In this document: positions 57,805 to 64,000 of the stretch, piece after piece
How the letters are laid out: each line of letters starts with the position of its first letter
Numbering within the stretch: position 1 is the first letter of the stretch
Source of the DNA: Candidatus Ozemobacteraceae bacterium
Lineage (GTDB): Bacteria > Muiribacteriota > Ozemobacteria > Ozemobacterales > Ozemobacteraceae
Direction: 5' to 3'
Assembly: GCA_965140445.1 (NCBI GenBank)
Contig: OZ223236.1
Location: 3,840,001-3,904,000 of the forward strand
Length of the DNA: 64,000 nt
Program-made: the position numbers and the translations under genes
Notes under the pieces: model-generated
What the model saw: the letters and a program-made list of their open reading frames with translations, nothing else
Told to the model about the DNA's origin: nothing
The model's database searches: none

Positions 57805-58860
57805 TCATAGTTTCCAGAATTTTTTAAATTGGCCTATCAGCAATTTTGAATAGCTATACCAATCGGCATAAGAAATTAATTCTTCTTTTTTTCCACTATC
57901 GACAGTTGGGATTAAATTCTTGAGCATTAAAGTTGCGTGATTTGAAATGGCTCTTGCCATGGATGTAGATGGAGTGCCGCCTTCAAGGACAGAAATTATT
58001 TTTCCATCGCAATACTTTTCCGCAAATTTCTTTATCATCAAAACAGTATCGATTAACCCTCTTTCGCTAAGCAAAATGTGGGATGAGGGGTCTTCTGCAA
58101 GAACATTTGTTCCATAAGACAAAATTATAAATTGTGGACAAAACTGGTTAAGTATCTTCGTCAGCACTTCTTTAATGGCTACACGATACTCTCTGTCGCC
58201 ATATCCAGATGGAAGCGGGAAATTTAAATTGTAACCCTGTGAGCCCTTAACACCAGTTTCTTCGTAATGGCCCGTTCCTGATACTCCAGGATATTCATGA
58301 AAAGAAACCGTCATTACATCTTTTCGCTCGTAAAAAATTTCCTGGGTTCCTTTGCCGTGCTCTGCATCAAGATCAAGAATTAAAACTCTCTTAAGTTGAT
58401 GCTTTTTAATTAAGTAATGAGCTCCTACAGCGGCTGGATTAACCAGACTTCCATAGCCAAAGGAAGAAATGCCAGCATGATGACCAGGCATTGCAGTTAA
58501 ACAGAAAGCGGATTTATATCGCCCTTCCATAACATGGTCAACAGCATCAAGAACTTCTCCAGCGCCATATCTGGCAATCTCAAATGATTTCCTGATTAGC
58601 GGTGTATGGGAATCAAGTTGTTCCACTCCACTGTAACTTCTTCTATGAAGATCATTTAGATATTCAGGGTCGTGAATATCCCTAAGTCTTTTCATTGGTG
58701 CAATATCGGATTCCAGGTATAAATCATCCCAGAGTCCATCAGCGGTTAGTTGATCGATTGCCAATGAGAGACGACCCCCTTCTTTTCTTTCGGTAAGGGG
58801 GTCGTGCTCAAGCAGCTTGGGGTGAAACAGTATCACCCCTCCTGAATTGGTTGTTTCCAT
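57805..58860 (-). CDS. Histone deacetylase/AcuC-family protein with degenerate catalytic motifs
   Basis: PGHHA, ILDLDAEHGKGTQEIFY, SFHEYPG..GTG, NFPLP, VLEGG. Confidence 0.85.
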   Translation of the reverse strand: METTNSGGVILFHPKLLEHDPLTERKEGGRLSLAIDQLTADGLWDDLYLESDIAPMKRLRDIHDPEYLNDLHRRSYSGVEQLDSHTPLIRKSFEIARYGAGEVLDAVDHVMEGRYKSAFCLTAMPGHHAGISSFGYGSLVNPAAVGAHYLIKKHQLKRVLILDLDAEHGKGTQEIFYERKDVMTVSFHEYPGVSGTGHYEETGVKGSQGYNLNFPLPSGYGDREYRVAIKEVLTKILNQFCPQFIILSYGTNVLAEDPSSHILLSERGLIDTVLMIKKFAEKYCDGKIISVLEGGTPSTSMARAISNHATLMLKNLIPTVDSGKKEELISYADWYSYSKLLIGQFKKFWKL

Positions 58861-58864
58861 AAAC

Positions 58865-59041
58865 TCAGGCAGAAAATGCCGTCAGCATAAGCTCTCTTTC
58901 CATGCAGTCTTCGGGAAGGCTCATTGGGTCAAAGGCACGCTGAGTAGCTTTTTCCTCTTTCTTTGATTTTTTGCGCTCATCAGACCAGCGCAGGAATGAA
59001 TGATGATTAATTCTAGACATTGTGAAGTTGAGAAGTTCCAT
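58865..59041 (-). CDS. Small hypothetical protein (58 aa)
   Basis: Strong AAGGAGG RBS before ATG 59041; stop 4 nt before the deacetylase start. Confidence 0.65.
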   Translation of the reverse strand: MELLNFTMSRINHHSFLRWSDERKKSKKEEKATQRAFDPMSLPEDCMERELMLTAFSA

Positions 59042-59131
59042 ACTCGATACTTCCTCCTTGTTTAACTCTCTATAATTTATATCGGCATTATTTATAAAAT
59101 AGTTTAGCAACCAACTAAAATAGACATAAAA

Positions 59132-59167
59132 AAATAGAGCTTCCCGATAGCTCGGAAAGCTCTATTT
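59132..59167 (-). terminator. Intrinsic terminator
   Basis: aaatagagctt-ccga / tcgg-aagctctattt hairpin with a U-tract on the - strand. Confidence 0.7.
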
Positions 59168-59182
59168 AATATAGGTTTAAAG

Positions 59183-60136
59183 TTATTTTGCTCCAGATTT
59201 TTCTACTGTGCTTTTGTATTCTTCATAAGCTTGTCGATAGTTAATCATTAAATCTTTAACCTTTTCAGGATCACTATCTGGCTTTGTGACAGCATCAGTA
59301 TATTCTTTGTAATATTGTTCATAAGCCATTTTTTTGGTTTGAATATCATCGCTCACCACGATTTCCTGATTATTTGCCCCAACAATATCAACTGTATTCT
59401 TCCTGGCTTCAGGAGTAGATTCTTCAGTATTATCTGCAACGCTAACAGATTCAGTATCAGATGCATTGCTACCACTTGCTGCGTAAGCTTCATACCCTTT
59501 TTTAAGGGCTTTTTTACCAATCCAGCGACCGATACCACCAAAAATCCATTTTCCTAATTTACTTCCCAGATAAGCTGCGGAAACCGTTCCTAGTATAGGA
59601 ATAGCCCATGCTCCTGTTCCTGCAAGTAAGGCAATACCAGCTGCTGCACCAATGGTTCCGCCGACAAGATCACCCACAACAGCGCCTATTCCTTCAGCTG
59701 TAAGCGAGGCTTTATTTACTGATTTAATCGCATCCTTTACCGCTTGAAGGTCAATCTTCTTTTTGTCTTTAAGCTTCATTGTCGCCAATTGTTCCCCAAT
59801 GGGCTTGACGAGGGTTTTAGTAATAATGTCGCCGATTCTAAATCCGATCATGGCACCCATCCCAGCCGCAACCGGGCCACCGATGCCTGCGCCAATAACA
59901 TATCCGCACGCCGCACCAATTGCGCCACCAGCTTTTCCGGCAACAAACCCAGCTACTTTTCCAGCTATTTTTGTTAGCCACCAGTCTCTTTGCTTTAATT
60001 CTTCAACTTTTTGAGCTGTTTTGGCTTTTAAAGAGTCAAATAATCCTGCCTCTGCAACGCTAACAAATGGCGAGAATAGAATCACCAGCGCAAGAAGCGC
60101 ACTTAGTCGCATTAAGGTTTTTCTAGATTTTATCAT
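59183..60136 (-). CDS. Secreted glycine-zipper protein
   Basis: Signal peptide ending AEA, two GxxxG-rich hydrophobic blocks, helical Tyr-rich C-terminus. Confidence 0.7.
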   Translation of the reverse strand: MIKSRKTLMRLSALLALVILFSPFVSVAEAGLFDSLKAKTAQKVEELKQRDWWLTKIAGKVAGFVAGKAGGAIGAACGYVIGAGIGGPVAAGMGAMIGFRIGDIITKTLVKPIGEQLATMKLKDKKKIDLQAVKDAIKSVNKASLTAEGIGAVVGDLVGGTIGAAAGIALLAGTGAWAIPILGTVSAAYLGSKLGKWIFGGIGRWIGKKALKKGYEAYAASGSNASDTESVSVADNTEESTPEARKNTVDIVGANNQEIVVSDDIQTKKMAYEQYYKEYTDAVTKPDSDPEKVKDLMINYRQAYEEYKSTVEKSGAK

Positions 60137-60226
60137 GTTAAAGTCCCGAGTTTTCTTTTTATTGTAAGGAAAAAAGCTGCTTCCCGCAATGTACAATAAC
60201 CTGACATTAAGAGTGTGGAAAAACAA

Positions 60227-60820
60227 TCAGTTGCTGGTGAAAACTTCGCTAGAGGCAATACTAGATTGCATTTCAGCTATAAATTCGGGTAAAAGCAGAT
60301 TAAACTCCTCTCTATGCTCCTTGAGAACAGGAATTGCAAGATGAAGTTGTATCCCACGACCAAAATGAGCTCCCATTTGTCTAAGAATCCCTTCAATCTC
60401 AGAAATGTGCTTATTTCTGGTTAACCATTTATCGCGCTTCATAAGCATAAAAATTCTCTGAAAACCTGCCGGTAATTGTAAAGAATGCTTTTCCAGTGCA
60501 GACAATACAGATTCTGAAAAACTTGAGAGCTCTTGGTGAGAAAATTTGTCCCAGTTAGTTGCCAGTAAATAATCTAAAAATACATCAGTAATAACACCTC
60601 TAAAATGGCCGAACTCTTTTCCAATTCTGGATTTTATTATAGAAAAAGCCTTAATATCTTCGCATCTTGAATCAATAATTCTGTGCAAAAGGAGCCCCTT
60701 TTTGATACCCGCAGAATAACTGGTCTGCTCAATATCACCTTTGACAAAATCGCCAAACATGTTTCCAGCAAGGATCTCAGAATCGCTTCCTGAAAAGAAT
60801 GCGTGTCCTAAAAAATTCAT
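60227..60820 (-). CDS. acpH: ACP phosphodiesterase (DUF479)
   Basis: MNFLGHAFFS, GNMFGDFVKG, LHRIID, DVFLDYLLA. Confidence 0.85.
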   Translation of the reverse strand: MNFLGHAFFSGSDSEILAGNMFGDFVKGDIEQTSYSAGIKKGLLLHRIIDSRCEDIKAFSIIKSRIGKEFGHFRGVITDVFLDYLLATNWDKFSHQELSSFSESVLSALEKHSLQLPAGFQRIFMLMKRDKWLTRNKHISEIEGILRQMGAHFGRGIQLHLAIPVLKEHREEFNLLLPEFIAEMQSSIASSEVFTSN

Positions 60821-60880
60821 TACGTCTTCCAGAATCTATTTTTGATTAATTTTTTTCAACCAGCTTAAAGCTTAAGCTAA

Positions 60881-61195
60881 CTAGTTTTTCTGCTTAAAAA
60901 CGAAAGTTTGTAAGCCTTCCGACCCAACATCTTTCCAGGCTCTTTCTTCATTAGGATTAACTTCAACCACATCGCCGGATTGCACCTGAAATTCCTTATC
61001 TCTTATAACTAGAGTTCCAGAACCTTTCACAACGGCGAAGATTACGTTTTGATCAAGGCTATGAGCAGGAATAGCTCCCCCTTTTTCAAGTTCAAGAAAA
61101 ACCACATCAGCGCGTTTCATTTCCGCAATTAGCTTTCCAGTCGATTTGTTACCACGAAAAATTTCTTTTGAATCTACAAAATTAAATACTTTCAA
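60881..61195 (-). CDS. Cupin domain protein
   Basis: GGAIPAH...FAVVKGSG...SGDVVEV; TTG start. Confidence 0.75.
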   Translation of the reverse strand: MKVFNFVDSKEIFRGNKSTGKLIAEMKRADVVFLELEKGGAIPAHSLDQNVIFAVVKGSGTLVIRDKEFQVQSGDVVEVNPNEERAWKDVGSEGLQTFVFKQKN

Positions 61196-61298
61196 TTACT
61201 CTTCATCCATTTCCTTGAATTTTTTCTTTGATTATAGCCATTTTCCAAGTATTTTGAAAACCTTGTTATTATTTCATTAAAACAACTAAGGAAAAAAA

Positions 61299-61934
61299 AT
61301 GAAAAACAAAATCCTGATGACTATTTTTTTGCTAAGCGCTCTTCTAAGCACTTCACAACTTTTTGCCCAAGAACAATTTATTAAAGAATGGAAAAAATTT
61401 AATACTTTCTTCAGCAACTTTTCTGAAGCTGGGCTTCCAGATTTCGATAAAAAAAACCTTGATGATAAAATTTTGGAAAACTTCGCTATCCGTCATCTTT
61501 ATCTGAACCGTTTTAATCGCATGAAAAACTCTCCAAATGGCCCGGATAAAATAGCTCCAGAAAAATGGGTTCAGGATACTGCCGAAAAATTCTTCGGAAA
61601 AACAATCTCTAACCCAGGTTCAAAAAATGGAGAATACAAAATCCCGGTCTGTGAAGGTGAAGGCTACACGTTTTCGCAGGTAAACAGTATGAAGCAGATC
61701 GATAAAAAGACTTTTGCTGCTGAAATCAACGTTTTTTCCAGTTATGCCGGTGTAATTGTAGATCCACACGGAGATAATGAAACATGGAAAAAAGAAGGAG
61801 AAGATGTGGCATTGGTTGGTGTGTGGAAAGCTGAATTTACTAACTCAGGCAAGGGGCCACATCCATTAAAGCTTCTCTCCTATAAAAAAATACGTGGCCC
61901 GGTTTTAAATCAAACAACAGAGCCAACCAACTAA
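61299..61934 (+). CDS. Hypothetical secreted protein
   Basis: Signal peptide ending LFA; AAGGA RBS. Confidence 0.7.
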   Translation: MKNKILMTIFLLSALLSTSQLFAQEQFIKEWKKFNTFFSNFSEAGLPDFDKKNLDDKILENFAIRHLYLNRFNRMKNSPNGPDKIAPEKWVQDTAEKFFGKTISNPGSKNGEYKIPVCEGEGYTFSQVNSMKQIDKKTFAAEINVFSSYAGVIVDPHGDNETWKKEGEDVALVGVWKAEFTNSGKGPHPLKLLSYKKIRGPVLNQTTEPTN

Positions 61935-62750
61935 TCAGTCTTTCAGGGCGCCAGAAGTAATTCCTTCAATAATTTCTTTCTGGAAAAACCAGAATATTGC
62001 AATAATTGGTAGGGAGCTGACTGAAGCTCCCGCCATTAATGCGCCCCAATCAGTTGCAAAAGGTCCCTGAGTAAACATTGCCAAACCGACTGGAAGAGTT
62101 CTTACCGAAGCGGTATCAGTAAGAATCAAAGGGAAAAGAAACGAATTCCAGGTCATAATGGAAGTATTCACAACCAAAACAGCAACAGCTGGTTTGCACA
62201 GCGGGAAAATCACATGCCGCAAAATTCCGATTTCCGAAGAGCCATCTGTTCTGGCAGCATCTTCCAGGTCTGGTGGTAAGCCTTCAATATATTGCTTAAC
62301 CAGAAACAGATTAAAACCATCCACACAAAATGGCAAAATCAAAGCCCAAAGACTGTTGTGAAGGCCTAGACGCACCATTAAATCCAGAATCGGAATCATC
62401 AAAGTCTGTTTTGGGATCATCAAAGTCACCAAAACCAAAGTAAACAGGCTTTTCCTGAACGGAAACCTATATCTCGCGAATGCGTAGCCTACAGATAGAG
62501 AAAAAACCACATTAGCTAGAATTACTACTATCAATACCAGAAAGCTATTTAGGGTAAAGGTTAAAAAGCCAGCGCTCCCGAGAACAAGGCGATAATACTC
62601 AAGCGTGAACAACCCCTTCCCATCAGACATCCCAGGCTCATGACGCATTATCGACCTGAAAATCATATAAAACCAGGGATACAAAAAGCTTAAAGCAAGC
62701 GCAGACAGAATCATGAAATTAAGCTTGTTAAGCAAACCTTTCCGTTTCAT
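61935..62750 (-). CDS. Carbohydrate ABC transporter permease (MalG-like)
   Basis: GYAFARYRF, EAA motif LEDAARTDG, WNSFLFPL, TLPVGL. Confidence 0.92.
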   Translation of the reverse strand: MKRKGLLNKLNFMILSALALSFLYPWFYMIFRSIMRHEPGMSDGKGLFTLEYYRLVLGSAGFLTFTLNSFLVLIVVILANVVFSLSVGYAFARYRFPFRKSLFTLVLVTLMIPKQTLMIPILDLMVRLGLHNSLWALILPFCVDGFNLFLVKQYIEGLPPDLEDAARTDGSSEIGILRHVIFPLCKPAVAVLVVNTSIMTWNSFLFPLILTDTASVRTLPVGLAMFTQGPFATDWGALMAGASVSSLPIIAIFWFFQKEIIEGITSGALKD

Positions 62751-64000
62751 CTAGTCCTCCCAAGCACGCGCATTTGCAGTAGGGAAAGGGTCAGAATGAT
62801 TGCAAAAAGCACATACGATAAGGCAGATGCATAGCCCATTTCCTGAAATCGGAACGCTGCTTCGTAGAGTCTGTGAACCATAGTATCGGTTGAACCCAGG
62901 GGGCCGCCTCTGGTAAGAGTAAACACTTCAGGAAACACCTGCCAACTGCGAATTGTATTAATAACTATGATAAAAACCGTCATGTAGTGAATCTGAGGTA
63001 AAGTAATAAATCTGAACTTCTGCCATTCGGTTGCTCCGTCAACGTCTGCTGCTTCGTAATACTGTTTTGGCACAGCTTTTATAGCCGCAAGATATAAAAC
63101 CATGTAATAACCCAGAAATGCCCAGATATCCATTAACATGATTGCAGGAAGGGCTGTCGACGTTTCTACCAGCCATGAATAGCCAGTTAAGCCAAAGAAG
63201 CCAAGCACTCTATTTAGCATTCCAACAGGTGAGTAAAACGATTTAAAAATAGTTGCCGTGACTACAATAGAAATTATCGATGGAAGAAAAAAAGCTGAAC
63301 GAAAAAATCCCTCGGCTTTTTTCAGGTTATTTATCATTACAGCAAGAGCTAGAGCCAGAACAGTTGTTACTGGCGTAGTTCCCATAACAAAGAAAAGGGT
63401 GTTCTTAAAAGCACGCACAAACTGTGGATCTTTGAAGAGGCGAATATAATTTTCCAGGCCAGTAAACCTGAAATTTTGCGGATGAAAAACATCATAATCG
63501 CCAAAACTCAAAATTAGTGAAAATAGTAAAGGATAGAGCCAGAAAACCAGAAAAGTAATAATCCAGGGAGACAGAAACAGCAAAGCGCGCTGAGATCGCT
63601 CAATTGGGCCTACTTTTCTTGCCGTTCCGTTTACTAAACTACGTTTTTTTTTTACTTCAATAATCAAAAATGAAAGCAGAACAGCATTCAAAATAGTTCC
63701 GCATGCAATTATAATCAGAAGAGTTAAATGCCAGCCAGAACTACTTGTTTTGCCATTTGCCTTATCATTTGCCGCAGCAATTGAATCTGCTTTTGTTCTT
63801 TTCTGGCGACTTTCACGAAGCTCCTTAACCCGATTATATTCCTTTTCTGCCATGCCCAATGCAACTGGAATCTCAGTGCCATACATGGCCTTTTCGACCG
63901 CTTCGTTAACTATCTTTTCAAGTTCAATCCATAGAGGATGGATTGGGGGATGAACACCGGTTTTCATTTGTTCAATAAAAACCCTAAGCCGGGGGTCTGA
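62747..64000 (-). CDS. Carbohydrate ABC permease (MalF-like) fused to an upstream solute-binding domain; 5' truncated by the window edge
   Basis: The frame stays open to base 64000 (SDPRLRVFIEQMKTGVHPPIHPLWIELEK...); permease motifs GLENY, FFLPSII, YYEAADVDGA. Confidence 0.85.
   Translation of the reverse strand, partial: SDPRLRVFIEQMKTGVHPPIHPLWIELEKIVNEAVEKAMYGTEIPVALGMAEKEYNRVKELRESRQKRTKADSIAAANDKANGKTSSSGWHLTLLIIIACGTILNAVLLSFLIIEVKKKRSLVNGTARKVGPIERSQRALLFLSPWIITFLVFWLYPLLFSLILSFGDYDVFHPQNFRFTGLENYIRLFKDPQFVRAFKNTLFFVMGTTPVTTVLALALAVMINNLKKAEGFFRSAFFLPSIISIVVTATIFKSFYSPVGMLNRVLGFFGLTGYSWLVETSTALPAIMLMDIWAFLGYYMVLYLAAIKAVPKQYYEAADVDGATEWQKFRFITLPQIHYMTVFIIVINTIRSWQVFPEVFTLTRGGPLGSTDTMVHRLYEAAFRFQEMGYASALSYVLFAIILTLSLLQMRVLGRTR

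Noticed and set aside
645..63953. Many short antisense or out-of-frame ORFs in the track (e.g. 773-1078, 9092-9532, 15657-16142, 50399-50881)
   Set aside because: They are shadows of well-supported genes, with no motifs or RBS support.
1..64000. CRISPR arrays, rRNA/tRNA genes, IS elements
   Set aside because: No periodic repeats, RNA-gene signatures or transposase ORFs seen; intergenic gaps are short.

Overview
A gene-dense, AT-rich bacterial chromosomal window. I found no rRNA, tRNA, CRISPR array, prophage or transposase. The core block is rpsB-tsf-pyrH-frr-(2x[4Fe-4S] ferredoxin, absent from the ORF track)-uppS-cdsA-rseP. Other recognisable genes are trmL, thiN, an RluA-family synthase, a MazG-like protein, clpP, deaD, two ABC-F ATPases, a glucose-family PTS operon (EIIA-HPr-EI plus EIICBB), a ZIP transporter, acpH and a sugar ABC system. 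The most unusual elements are: (1) a convergent pair of HEAT-solenoid fusions, one ending in an intact class III adenylate cyclase and one in a PilT ATPase; (2) a three-gene sulfur-trafficking operon (signal-peptide MBL/persulfide-dioxygenase-like protein with three rhodanese domains and a terminal Cys tail, YeeE half, YeeE-triple-rhodanese fusion); (3) a LysM-LysM-Pro-rich-beta-barrel protein downstream of a catalytically eroded HDAC-family protein; (4) an HTH/degenerate-PIN fusion; (5) paralogous membrane proteins flanking thiN. All protein calls come from motifs read by eye; no searches were run. Several starts were moved from the ORF track to better RBS-supported codons.
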